The notes under the pieces: generated by a model
The model's database searches: none
Told to the model about the DNA's origin: nothing
What the model saw: the letters and a program-made list of their open reading frames with translations, nothing else
Translations under genes and position numbers: made by a program
Shown here: positions 1 through 9,102 of the stretch, piece after piece
Layout: the number at the start of each line of letters is the position of its first letter
Numbering within the stretch: position 1 is the first letter of the stretch
Virus record (IMG/VR): IMGVR_UViG_3300036770_003657
Span: 335,797-399,796 of that record
Length of the DNA stretch: 64,000 nucleotides
Strand: one strand, 5' to 3'

Positions 1-424
1 TAATGTCACCATCAAGATAAGTCAGTGTGTAGTCTGTGCTATCGCCAGTAAAGGTATATGTGTCAATGTCTAATTCATCACCTTCAACATCAACTAGGAT
101 GTCAATAACCCCATCACCTTTACGACCAGTACCTACAGTACCAAAGGTAGCAATTTTGCCACCCAAACCAACTGTGCCAACTGTTACGATTAAGTTGTTG
201 TCTGGTGCTACTCCACCTAAATTTGTACCAGCGATAGTAATAGTATCACCTGCTACATAATCAGAGCCTTGACTGGCAGTATCCAATGTAACTGCATATG
301 CCCCGTTAGTTTTAATAACATCAAACTCGGCACCTGTTCCAGCACCGCCACCACCAATCACTCCTGATACATTTTGGTAGGTTTCATTTATTGCTTTATC
401 TGTCACTGTAATTCTTACTGTCAT
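1..424 (-). CDS. Partial gene running off the window edge; Gly/Thr/Asp-rich virion or adhesin-like protein
   Basis: Not in the ORF track. ATG at 424 with AGGA upstream; open for 141 codons: MTVRITVTDKAINETYQNVSGVIGGGGAGTGAEFDV... The GxGAxFxV motif resembles one in the giant fibre (GTGARADL). Confidence 0.7.
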   Translation of the reverse strand, partial: MTVRITVTDKAINETYQNVSGVIGGGGAGTGAEFDVIKTNGAYAVTLDTASQGSDYVAGDTITIAGTNLGGVAPDNNLIVTVGTVGLGGKIATFGTVGTGRKGDGVIDILVDVEGDELDIDTYTFTGDSTDYTLTYLDGDI

Positions 425-525
425 ATTATTTTCCTTTCTGTGGGCTGTTACGCCTCTCTGTGTTTAATATATAGCAAACTAGGATAAAAAAGCAAGTAAA
501 ATGGCTAGATTTTAGTCATTAACTG

Positions 526-1143
526 CTAGTTTATTAGGCTATTCTTAATATCTTCAACGGTCCACAACGCCATACTCTTATCGTATGCGTCGCCCACTAA
601 ACCCTCATTTATAATGAATAATGGCTTAGGCAAGTTAAATGGCTCCGCCTCAAGATTCAATGCTCGCCACTTTCCCATTTCTATATCATTATTATTTACA
701 TGGTCTGGGAATGTGGTCATCAATACGTATTTACAATCGCTAAGACATATATTGTATAGGCTTTTGAATACTAGATCATTGGGGAAATGTACTAAACAAT
801 CCCTTATTAATACTAGGTCAGCATATGGTAGTTCACTATCTATTAAGTCTAATTCAATGAATTCTTTTTCTGGATATTTTATACGATTGTCCTTAATAAT
901 CTCAGTGACTAAATCGGCTCCAGTATAATCTATACCTGCAAGGTCAACAATCTTCATCCAATTAAAATCACCGCATGGTATATCCAATACACTGGTAATA
1001 TTAAATTGTTTGAAAAGTACAGGTAGTTGATCGGCCAGTTTACGTGTTTTTACTATGCTAGATCCTGTACCGCTACGACTTTCCTGATCACGCCAATAAT
1101 TTGTATTGTAGATATCTAAAAATATATCTGTATAATTCTTCAT
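526..1143 (-). CDS. Class I SAM-dependent methyltransferase
   Basis: ESRSGTGS, SVLDIPCGDFNWM (motif I) and ADLVLIRDCLVHF motifs. Confidence 0.8.
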   Translation of the reverse strand: MKNYTDIFLDIYNTNYWRDQESRSGTGSSIVKTRKLADQLPVLFKQFNITSVLDIPCGDFNWMKIVDLAGIDYTGADLVTEIIKDNRIKYPEKEFIELDLIDSELPYADLVLIRDCLVHFPNDLVFKSLYNICLSDCKYVLMTTFPDHVNNNDIEMGKWRALNLEAEPFNLPKPLFIINEGLVGDAYDKSMALWTVEDIKNSLIN

Positions 1144-1279
1144 AAAATTACTTATACTAGTTCTAACCTGTTACAATCTTTTTTAACACACCAAAAATAA
1201 TACCGATCATTGGTATGATCAATAGACTGAATCCAAATAATGCAATTAATCCTAATAAATATTTCATAAATAATTATAC

Positions 1280-1846
1280 ATGATTCTACAGATATTCACA
1301 CAGATTAATCGGCCCAATTTAGCCGATTCTTATAGTATTTGGATACCTTGCTTACGCACTGAGCCTGTAGAAATTTGTCCTATACAAACCACAAACATAT
1401 TTATTACTCATATTAATGCTGTAGAATACTGTAATCAAGACCTACACGACTATAAAATATATTGTATCGGACCCATTACTGAAGGTAGACTACGTGACAG
1501 AGGATATAATGTACATAGACTAGCAGATAAGGCCAGTGATGTAGCACTACCCGATGAACCTATAACTTGGCTACACGGGGATACTTATAGTAGAGATTTT
1601 AGCAGCAATCATAATGTGACTAGTCTACAGGATTACACTACCGTAGTGGATGAGGAAGCTATAGATAGATTAATATATTTAGAGTATAAATTTTTACACA
1701 TTTACAGCCCTAAAGTATTACGTGCCTACGAGAGCAGAAATCCTGAGCGTAAAATTCATTTATACTATACAGATAGCTGCATACCTAATCCAGACTTATA
1801 TGCTAGTATTACACGCTTTTATCCGGGTACTGATAAATACACTTAA
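1280..1846 (+). CDS. hemD: Divergent uroporphyrinogen-III synthase (HemD)-like protein
   Basis: HemD-like motifs in the expected order: WIPCLRTEP, IFITHINAVEY (cf. FTSxNAV), IYCIGPITEGRLRDRG (cf. vGxxTaxaLxxxG), ITWLHGD, VTSLQDYTT, HIYSPKVL (cf. ftSpsav). TAAATA at 1267-1272. Confidence 0.6.
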   Translation: MILQIFTQINRPNLADSYSIWIPCLRTEPVEICPIQTTNIFITHINAVEYCNQDLHDYKIYCIGPITEGRLRDRGYNVHRLADKASDVALPDEPITWLHGDTYSRDFSSNHNVTSLQDYTTVVDEEAIDRLIYLEYKFLHIYSPKVLRAYESRNPERKIHLYYTDSCIPNPDLYASITRFYPGTDKYT

Positions 1847-1849
1847 CAT

Positions 1850-1930
1850 ACCCTAGGACCGTTAGGGTTATGTGGCTTACCCCAAGCCTCAGTAAAGGAC
1901 TCGCTACCCTTTTACTGTAAATGGGGCCTA
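1850..1930 (+). promoter_or_regulatory. Candidate structured 5' leader RNA with three hairpins
   Basis: Stems ACCCTA/TAGGGT (1850-1868), GGCTT/AAGCC (1874-1888) and CAGTAAAGG/CTTTTACTG (1890-1917), lying between TAAATA (1834-1839) and the AGGAG RBS. Confidence 0.4.
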
Positions 1931-1942
1931 CAAGGAGCACAA

Positions 1943-2251
1943 ATGAAAATACTACTAGCGGCCCTACTCTTGATACCCGCAGTGGTATCTGCTCAACAGA
2001 TCAAGCCGGTCAATAAAGTTGTTAACTGTGGCGATGCAAAATTAATAATTGGTGAACTACGCAAGGTAAAAGAAGATCCTGTATGGGTTGGTGACGTAGA
2101 TGACAATACCAACAGTCGTATGAGTCTATGGATTAGTAAAGAAAATAATACTTGGACTTTACTACAGAATAATGACAAAATAGCCTGTGTTATAGACTAT
2201 GGTAATAAGAATGTGTTTAGTTCAGAGTTGTTTGGCGGCAAAGGGGTTTAG
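1943..2251 (+). CDS. Exported hypothetical protein
   Basis: Signal peptide MKILLAALLLIPAVVSA; AGGAG RBS; two Cys. Confidence 0.75.
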   Translation: MKILLAALLLIPAVVSAQQIKPVNKVVNCGDAKLIIGELRKVKEDPVWVGDVDDNTNSRMSLWISKENNTWTLLQNNDKIACVIDYGNKNVFSSELFGGKGV

Positions 2252-2338
2252 TATAGTCACTACTAATACCCATTATTAAAAATGGAAAAAACCATAGCAG
2301 TATAAAATTTTTAACTATTTCATCAAACATTGTAATCA

Positions 2339-3880
2339 TTATACTGCTCCTTGAGGTTGTGTTGTAGTAATAGGTTGTGGAGCTACTGGTTGTGGAGCTA
2401 TAGGTTGATTTGAAGTTACAGATCCAGGAATTCTAGTGCTTTGACCTTTTGTTAATTTTGGTTTAAGTTGAGGAATACGTCTTTCTAATTCATCTATTAT
2501 GTCTTTTGTAGGAAGTTTTTCAACAATAATAAGTTTCATTGTTGTGTCAATAATCTTATGTAAAATCCTTTCATTATTGATATTCCTTAATTTAGCTAAC
2601 TTTTGAGCCCAAGGAATAAGTTTTTCTACAAAATCGTCACTCTGTATATCTTTTGGCTTCTTAGCAAACTTACCTAATTCTTTGGCACTAACTTCACCGC
2701 CGAATGTTGTCGGCTGTACATAGATTTGTGGATACGCGGTTCTACCAGGATCATTTACCCCAGTCAAATAGATACTGTCTGCATGGAATCTTAATCCTTG
2801 GCTTATTAGATCTTCTGCACTATTATACCAAATTAAATTCCTATCATAAAGGTTGACAAATAGTACACCATCATCATGTTTAAGTGCCATATAGTTGTTA
2901 AAACTGGCCTGTGAATAGGCTTGTTTAGCTGCCCCTAGATCTCCATCTTGTATGGTCAATAAAATTTCTTTTATATTTCTTTTTAATCTAGCAGTATATT
3001 CTTTTCTTTCTGTTTGAGCGTTACCAAATATTTTTTCAACAACACTTTTTAATTTCTGCATAAAAGTACTTTGAATTTCACCAGTAACATTTTGATGAAA
3101 CTCTATAGCCTGTGTAAGACTTAGCCCTGATTTAGTTAATTGAAGTTTAAAACCTTTTCTATTTTTATAAGGTCCAGTACCTCGTACAAAGTCATTTAAA
3201 TCACGAGCAGCAGGATCCCAACCTTCAATTGGCCTAACTTCCTGATCTCCAAAACGAGCTGATGCTTTACTGGATTTTTCCTTGCCAGTTTCAGGATCTA
3301 CAGTGGTGGTCATACTGGCTGTTTTTACTTCAACTTGCCACATCCTACCATTCCATTCTGCTTTAAGGTCACCCTTACCATCATTAGGTTTGTTTATAGT
3401 TTTACTAAAAACATTTAGGGCAAATTCGCCTTTACCATGTCCCAATGTAGCTACATTCATTAGAGTATCCACTAACTCAGTGGTGATTGGGTTAGATCCG
3501 TAAGTATTAAAAACTTCTTCAAAGGAAACAGACTCACCTGAAAATAAAGCGTCTTTGTTTACAATTTTATCCTGTTTCCATAAACTAAACAGTTGATTAC
3601 GTTCTTCAGGAGTGCCATCTATGCTAAGAATATATCTTGTCAGATCTTTTTGTACTGCATTGACTGCAGGGTCATTAATACTTTGTAGGTCCTTTGCAAT
3701 TAAGCCTTTTCTTCCACCAGCATTTACATCACGTAATAAATCCTCAATCTCTCTTAAGGTTTTAATAGTGGCATCATCAGAAGGAAGGATTTTGATTTGG
3801 CTCGCAATCTTCTCCTTCCAATTATCCACAGCATCAGCTGCCATTTCAGCCAATAGTAATCTAAATTCTTTATATCGCAT
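2339..3880 (-). CDS. Putative head-associated protein with a PD-(D/E)XK nuclease-like motif
   Basis: 513 aa; N-terminus MRYKEFRLLLAE; GKGE...GD...EVK spacing; TAAATA at 3888-3893. Confidence 0.5.
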   Translation of the reverse strand: MRYKEFRLLLAEMAADAVDNWKEKIASQIKILPSDDATIKTLREIEDLLRDVNAGGRKGLIAKDLQSINDPAVNAVQKDLTRYILSIDGTPEERNQLFSLWKQDKIVNKDALFSGESVSFEEVFNTYGSNPITTELVDTLMNVATLGHGKGEFALNVFSKTINKPNDGKGDLKAEWNGRMWQVEVKTASMTTTVDPETGKEKSSKASARFGDQEVRPIEGWDPAARDLNDFVRGTGPYKNRKGFKLQLTKSGLSLTQAIEFHQNVTGEIQSTFMQKLKSVVEKIFGNAQTERKEYTARLKRNIKEILLTIQDGDLGAAKQAYSQASFNNYMALKHDDGVLFVNLYDRNLIWYNSAEDLISQGLRFHADSIYLTGVNDPGRTAYPQIYVQPTTFGGEVSAKELGKFAKKPKDIQSDDFVEKLIPWAQKLAKLRNINNERILHKIIDTTMKLIIVEKLPTKDIIDELERRIPQLKPKLTKGQSTRIPGSVTSNQPIAPQPVAPQPITTTQPQGAV

Positions 3881-3890
3881 AGTTAAGTAT

Positions 3891-4574
3891 TTACCTTAAC
3901 TCTGGAAACAAACACTCCTGTATGAATATACGTACATCTTCCTCATTCAATCCCAAACTGGTCATTACCTTAGGCGTATGTGGGTTCATCTTTTGGTTCT
4001 GTGCGTAAAAATTCTGTTGTTCGCTAGTATTAAGTACAGTGTTATTAGTTTCACCTACTGTGCTTAAGTAATGATCTACACCCTTGCGAGCCATTTCAAA
4101 GATTTGATCTAGTTCGTGTTCGTCCTGTACATTACCTGCTGCCACCATGCTCTTGCTGAATATACGGGTAGCCCAATCTGGTAGTGCTCTTTCCTTACGC
4201 CATTCCATCTTACTTACTTCGTTGGCAAACCATTCACACATAGGATGATTAGCATCCCCTGTAGGACTATAATCATAAAAACAGCCGGTAATTTTATTCT
4301 TACCGGCTATAACATCAAATCCAAAGATTGGGGCAGGGTTGTGTGTATGTGGAAATACGCAACAATGCATCATCCACAATCCCTTTTTCTCTCTAGCATC
4401 TACAACATCTACGTGAGCCCTACGATATGCTTCACTGGTCCAAACACGGTTTACCCATCCTGGTTGATTAAACCTATCCATACCTGGTTCAAATGCTTCA
4501 GTACCAGTGCGTTCAAAACTTTGCTCTAATAGGTGTTGTACATTAATTAGAGCGTCCCAAACTTTACTCTCCAT
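3891..4574 (-). CDS. pcyX: Ferredoxin-dependent bilin reductase, PcyX/PcyA type
   Basis: RRAHVDVVDAR, LWMMHCCVFP, PIFGFDVIAG and NQKMNPHT motifs; directly downstream of and overlapping heme oxygenase. Confidence 0.88.
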   Translation of the reverse strand: MESKVWDALINVQHLLEQSFERTGTEAFEPGMDRFNQPGWVNRVWTSEAYRRAHVDVVDAREKKGLWMMHCCVFPHTHNPAPIFGFDVIAGKNKITGCFYDYSPTGDANHPMCEWFANEVSKMEWRKERALPDWATRIFSKSMVAAGNVQDEHELDQIFEMARKGVDHYLSTVGETNNTVLNTSEQQNFYAQNQKMNPHTPKVMTSLGLNEEDVRIFIQECLFPELR

Positions 4575-5112
4575 TGTACAAATCCCTCATCATCTTAATG
4601 GCCCATTCAAAGGCCACACGAGCCTCATCACCTAACTCATCTGTGAGTTCGGCTCTGATTGCTACTTTAAGTTGATCAGGATTAGTAAACTCATAGAACT
4701 TGCCACTGCTAATGTGTGCTACTTGTTTCTTAATAATTAAGCCACCATTTAGGTCACCCATATGACGACAATACAAATGTGCCTTAAGTAAATGTCTACG
4801 TTCTAGGTCATTGGTTAGCTGGACCAAATAGTCATGATAGGCTAGGGTCTGTGGTAGCCAAACAAACTTGTGCTCTGGCCCAGCTAATTCCATAAAATCT
4901 TGATATATTGCTGGTAAACGCTCAATACCCTGTATGTTAGCAAAGTGTCCTAACATACGATTACCAAATTCAATTGGTCCGTATATGGGCAATAATTGGT
5001 ATAGATAATTTGCGTAATCTTCCTTACTAATTTTACCACTTAGTAATAGTTTAGCAAATTTAGTTGTTTCCGCCTCGTGATGTAAATCCTTAGTAATCTC
5101 TCTTAAACTCAT
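4564..5112 (-). CDS. hemO: Heme oxygenase
   Basis: TKDLHHEAE (proximal His) and HLYCRHMGDLNGG (distal helix). Confidence 0.92.
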   Translation of the reverse strand: MSLREITKDLHHEAETTKFAKLLLSGKISKEDYANYLYQLLPIYGPIEFGNRMLGHFANIQGIERLPAIYQDFMELAGPEHKFVWLPQTLAYHDYLVQLTNDLERRHLLKAHLYCRHMGDLNGGLIIKKQVAHISSGKFYEFTNPDQLKVAIRAELTDELGDEARVAFEWAIKMMRDLYNGE

Positions 5113-5438
5113 TCTTCCTCCATCTTCACTTGTAAGGGAAATCCGTTAGCCCTAGCCAAGCTAAATGTTTCACTTGATTTGACTTCTGCGATTTCATAAG
5201 TATATGTACCTGCAATACCACTTCCAGACTCGTGAATTTGAAGCGTAATATCTTTAGCTGTTTCGGGAGTATGTTTAAAAATTTCAATTAATATACTAAT
5301 TACAAACTCCATAGGAGTATGATTATCATTAAGGAAAACTACATGATATCGTTTGGGCTCAGACACCCTAATTTTAACTTTTTCATCTAGCACTACATCT
5401 GAGGTTACTTCTGTATCTACAGCCATTATTGACTCCAT
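5109..5438 (-). CDS. clpS: ATP-dependent Clp protease adaptor ClpS
   Basis: YHVVFLNDNHTPMEFV...IHESG...AEVK...ARANGFPL. Confidence 0.93.
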   Translation of the reverse strand: MESIMAVDTEVTSDVVLDEKVKIRVSEPKRYHVVFLNDNHTPMEFVISILIEIFKHTPETAKDITLQIHESGSGIAGTYTYEIAEVKSSETFSLARANGFPLQVKMEEE

Positions 5439-5444
5439 ATAAGT

Positions 5445-5462
5445 GGGGGAGTTTCCTCCCCC
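5445..5462 (-). other. GC-rich hairpin with GAAA loop between hsp20 and clpS (stabiliser or weak terminator)
   Basis: GGGGGAG-GAAA-CTCCCCC on the minus strand; no clear U-tract. Confidence 0.5.
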
Positions 5463-5468
5463 TGTTGA

Positions 5469-5906
5469 TCAAGCTACGTTGACTTGAATCTTCCTTGGCA
5501 ATAATGCTTCTGGAACGATTCGTTCGATTACTACAGTAAGTAATCCATTTTTAAGATCAGCACTCTTAACTTCCATATGTTCTGAAAGAGCAAATGTTCT
5601 ATCAAAACTACGATATGCTAGGCCCCTGTGAAGATATTCAATTTCTCCATCAGTTTCTACTGGCTTCTTTTCACCAGTAATGATTAACTGGTCCTGATCA
5701 ATACTTACATCAATTTCATCTCTACTAAAACCTGCTACTGCTAGGGTAATAGTGTAGATATCACCTTTGCGTTCTAGGTTATAGGGAGGATAGTTGTTAT
5801 TGGCCATACTGTTCCCCCAACTACGTTCCATAGTGTTAAAAATACGATCAAAACCAATCAGCGCTCTATTCAAAGCCGCTGTATCCATTCTAGCTAATTG
5901 TGTCAT
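5469..5906 (-). CDS. ibpA: Small heat shock protein (Hsp20/IbpA family)
   Basis: NYPPYNL, LAVAGF, YLHRGLAYRSFDRTFAL, A.LKNGLL. Confidence 0.93.
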   Translation of the reverse strand: MTQLARMDTAALNRALIGFDRIFNTMERSWGNSMANNNYPPYNLERKGDIYTITLAVAGFSRDEIDVSIDQDQLIITGEKKPVETDGEIEYLHRGLAYRSFDRTFALSEHMEVKSADLKNGLLTVVIERIVPEALLPRKIQVNVA

Positions 5907-5910
5907 AAAA

Positions 5911-5970
5911 TTTCTCCTTTATTAAGCAAGATGCGTGTAGCCTCACCTGAGCACTACACGACTATTTATA
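5911..5970 (-). promoter_or_regulatory. Late promoter TATAAATA plus ROSE-like RNA thermometer for hsp20
   Basis: TATAAATA at 5963-5970; 5' hairpin CGTGTAG/CTACACG; 3' hairpin UCUUGCUU-AAUA-AAGGAGA sequestering the SD. Confidence 0.7.
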
Positions 5971-5975
5971 AGGCA

Positions 5976-7853
5976 TTAGGCTGCGTTTTTAACTTCTGTA
6001 AAATCTACATCCGTAATGTCCTTATCCTGTTGTTGAGGCTGTGCGTTTTTAGCAGTGTAAATAACCTGTGCCGCAGCAGCTAGGTCACTCATCTTCTGTG
6101 TTATTGATTCCTTAGTACCTGTAGCAATCTCAGTTAATAGTGCTGTGATACTAGTTTCAATCTTATCTTTATCATCACTGCTAATCTTATCCTCAACTTC
6201 CTTCAAATCCTTACGAATTTGATGGACTTGTCCGTCTACGCTATTCCTTAAATCAACAATCTCACGCTGTTTGCGATCTTCCTCAGCGTTGGCTTCAGCT
6301 TCACGGATCATTTTTTCAATTTGATCCTTACTTAAACCACCATCTGATTTAATAGTGATCTTGTTTTCTTTGCCTGTAGTCTTATCCTTGGCACTAATTT
6401 TCATAATACCATTAGCATCTACATCAAAGGTTACTTCAATTTGAGGCATACCTCTGGGCTGTGGCATAATACCTTCTAGGTTAAACTCGCCTAGTAGTTT
6501 ATTATCCTTTACAAACTCACGTTCACCTTGGAATACCTTAATAGTGACAGCAGGTTGATTGTCATCTGCTGTGCTAAATGTTTGACTAGCCTTTGTGGGA
6601 ATAGTAGTATTCTTTTGAATGATCTTGGTCATTACTCCACCAAGTGTTTCAATACCAAGACTCAATGGTGTAACATCTAATAACAATACGTCATTGCGTT
6701 CGCCGCTTAGTACAGCACCTTGTACAGCAGCACCCACTGCCACTGCTTCATCTGGGTTAACATCCTTACGTGGCGCTTTACCAAATAACTTTTCTACAGC
6801 GTCCTGTACCTTGGGCATACGTGTCATACCACCAACTAAAATAATTTCATCAATATCTGCTGGTGTAACTCCTGCGTCTTTCATAGCAGTACGACAGGGA
6901 GCAATGCTACGTTCAATTAAATCTTCAACCAATGCTTCTAATTTAGCACGAGTAAGTTTTAGATTCATATGTTTTGGCCCGCTAGCATCAGCAGTAACAT
7001 ATGGTAGATTAATATCTGTTTGTTGGCTGCTACTTAATTCAATTTTAGCCTTTTCCGCTGCCTCTTTAAGACGTTGTAGAGCTAATACATCTTTAGTCAA
7101 GTCAATACCTTGATCCATCTTAAAAGTATCAACTAAGTAATCCATAATACGTTGGTCGAAGTCTTCACCACCTAAGAAAGTATCACCATTAGTGCTTAGT
7201 ACTTCAATTTGTTTGTCATTACCCAAGTTAGCAATTTCAATAATGCTAATATCAAAAGTGCCACCGCCCAAGTCATATACTGCTACCTTACGATCTTTTT
7301 TATCCGTCTTATCAACGCCGTAAGCCAACGCGGCAGCAGTCGGTTCATTAATGATGCGAAGAACTTCCAAGCCAGCAATACGGCCAGCATCTTTAGTAGC
7401 TTGACGCTGACTATCATTAAAATAGGCCGGAACAGTAATAACAGCTTGGGTAACATCATAACCTAAATAATCTTCAGCAGTCTTTTTCATTTTACGCAAT
7501 ACTTCTGCGCTGATTTGAGGAGGTGCTAACTCCTTGCCCTGTGCCTTAACCCAAGCATCACCACTTGAGTTTTCAATGATTTCATAGGGCATTAGATCTA
7601 AATCTTTTTGTACAGCCTCTTCTTTAAACTTACGTCCAATTAAGCGTTTGGCTGCGTATACTGTATTCTTTGGATTAGTAACAGCTTGTCTTTTAGCACT
7701 GGCACCTACAAGAATTTCTTCATCTGTATAGGCTACTATACTGGGAGTAGTACGTGCTCCTTCGCTGTTTTCAATTACTTTGGGATTGCCGCCTTCTATA
7801 ATGGCGACGCAACTGTTAGTAGTACCGAGATCGATACCGATTACCTTACTCAT
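5976..7853 (-). CDS. dnaK: Chaperone DnaK (Hsp70)
   Basis: [35 protein letters not shown]; 625 aa; betaproteobacterial-like segments ([25 protein letters not shown]). Confidence 0.98.
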   Translation of the reverse strand: MSKVIGIDLGTTNSCVAIIEGGNPKVIENSEGARTTPSIVAYTDEEILVGASAKRQAVTNPKNTVYAAKRLIGRKFKEEAVQKDLDLMPYEIIENSSGDAWVKAQGKELAPPQISAEVLRKMKKTAEDYLGYDVTQAVITVPAYFNDSQRQATKDAGRIAGLEVLRIINEPTAAALAYGVDKTDKKDRKVAVYDLGGGTFDISIIEIANLGNDKQIEVLSTNGDTFLGGEDFDQRIMDYLVDTFKMDQGIDLTKDVLALQRLKEAAEKAKIELSSSQQTDINLPYVTADASGPKHMNLKLTRAKLEALVEDLIERSIAPCRTAMKDAGVTPADIDEIILVGGMTRMPKVQDAVEKLFGKAPRKDVNPDEAVAVGAAVQGAVLSGERNDVLLLDVTPLSLGIETLGGVMTKIIQKNTTIPTKASQTFSTADDNQPAVTIKVFQGEREFVKDNKLLGEFNLEGIMPQPRGMPQIEVTFDVDANGIMKISAKDKTTGKENKITIKSDGGLSKDQIEKMIREAEANAEEDRKQREIVDLRNSVDGQVHQIRKDLKEVEDKISSDDKDKIETSITALLTEIATGTKESITQKMSDLAAAAQVIYTAKNAQPQQQDKDITDVDFTEVKNAA

Positions 7854-7858
7854 ATGTA

Positions 7859-7913
7859 TCTCCTTAAATTAAGCAAGAATTAAATGGTCTTAGTTAAGCA
7901 CCATTATTATTTA
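7859..7913 (-). promoter_or_regulatory. Late promoter TAAATA plus ROSE-like RNA thermometer for dnaK
   Basis: TAAATA at 7908-7913; 5' hairpin AATGGT/ACCATT; 3' hairpin UCUUGCUU-AAUUU-AAGGAGA. Confidence 0.65.
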
Positions 7914-7915
7914 TT

Positions 7916-8446
7916 TCAATCAAATTTTCTACCCAGCTTTTTAAACATAGTTTGAACACCAATGACCTGCCTCAGAGCATCTTCAAGAGCATGATGCTTA
8001 TTGGCCTGAGGCATTTCAGGATCCATACCCAAATCAAATAGTGTGCGAGTATCTCTTACTTCCCAAAATTTCCAAGGATATGGTTTATTGACTTGTCTAA
8101 AATAGTGTTCTAATATGATAATATCAAATGTACTACCATGACTCCAAAATTTACTAGAGCCCATACAGAACTTGTAGAATTCGTCTAACATCCAACGAAC
8201 GTCTACTCTATCATTGGGATCGAATGCTTCCTCTTGAGCAGCAGGGTCTTGTTTACTCCACCACTCAATAGTATTATCATCAATAAAGCTATCCAATCCT
8301 TCAAAACTTTCTAATTCAATTTTGTAGTAGAAAGTATCGTAGACTTTGGAACTATTGGGGTCAAATGTAGCCGCTCCAATGCTCAATATAGTGGCATTAG
8401 GAGTGGTGGCTAAAGTTTCTAAATCTACCATCAGATGTTTTGTCAT
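7916..8446 (-). CDS. DEDDh 3'-5' exonuclease (Rv2179c / exonuclease VIII-like)
   Basis: HLMVDLETL, WSHGSTFD, RDTRT and HHALEDA motifs. Confidence 0.85.
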   Translation of the reverse strand: MTKHLMVDLETLATTPNATILSIGAATFDPNSSKVYDTFYYKIELESFEGLDSFIDDNTIEWWSKQDPAAQEEAFDPNDRVDVRWMLDEFYKFCMGSSKFWSHGSTFDIIILEHYFRQVNKPYPWKFWEVRDTRTLFDLGMDPEMPQANKHHALEDALRQVIGVQTMFKKLGRKFD

Positions 8447-8474
8447 AATAGTGATTATACAACTAATTTAAGAT

Positions 8475-8702
8475 TTAGTAAAGCTTTGTTGGTAATCTTT
8501 CTTTTTCTAATTTCTTTTTGTACCTATTAACAGCAGCACCATGACGACGTTTGCGTTCGGTAGTTGGTTTTTCAAAAAATTCACGTTTACGTAATTCGTC
8601 TAAAATACCACTATCTTCTACTTTATTTTTAAACTTGCGTAGAGCACGGTTGATATCTTCACCGTCTCTTAATTCCACTTTACGACCATTAAAATTATTC
8701 AT
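8475..8702 (-). CDS. rpsU: Ribosomal protein bS21
   Basis: GEDINRALRKFKNKV...ELRKREFFEKPTTERKR; start moved to the ATG at 8702 overlapping the upstream stop. Confidence 0.9.
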   Translation of the reverse strand: MNNFNGRKVELRDGEDINRALRKFKNKVEDSGILDELRKREFFEKPTTERKRRHGAAVNRYKKKLEKERLPTKLY

Positions 8703-9102
8703 CTTCACCTTCTTGTGTATCATCTACTCTCTTAAAAAATGGTATGCTATCTAAATCATAGATTCTGTTTTTACTTATCAGATGCCACGGAGTTATCTCA
8801 TCTTTAGTGATATAGTAAGAATCAGTCTGTGCTATCATAAATGTAACAAAACTCCTAGTAATTACATCACAATTGTCTATATCAATTATAGTAACATCTG
8901 CATAGCTATGTACACTTAATAACCAATCTAAATCCATTTCATTTTCGTCAAATACAAATACATTGAGTTCTTCAATAATTTCACAAATGTATTTTTGAAA
9001 AGCTTCTTTTACCTCGTTTGTTGGTTTAACCAAAAGTATACTAGGATTTTGATTAAACAACTTATCAGGTGGTGTAATTACGTTAATTTTTCCCAGATTC
9101 AT
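8695..9102 (-). CDS. Hypothetical protein
   Basis: 135-aa ORF tightly packed in the operon. Confidence 0.7.
   Translation of the reverse strand: MNLGKINVITPPDKLFNQNPSILLVKPTNEVKEAFQKYICEIIEELNVFVFDENEMDLDWLLSVHSYADVTIIDIDNCDVITRSFVTFMIAQTDSYYITKDEITPWHLISKNRIYDLDSIPFFKRVDDTQEGEDE

Noticed and set aside
3891-5112. Cyanophage photosynthesis-support interpretation of hemO/pcyX
   Set aside because: No psbA, hli, cpeT or other cyanophage markers in the window; host-like genes look proteobacterial, and ALAS is not a cyanobacterial pathway.
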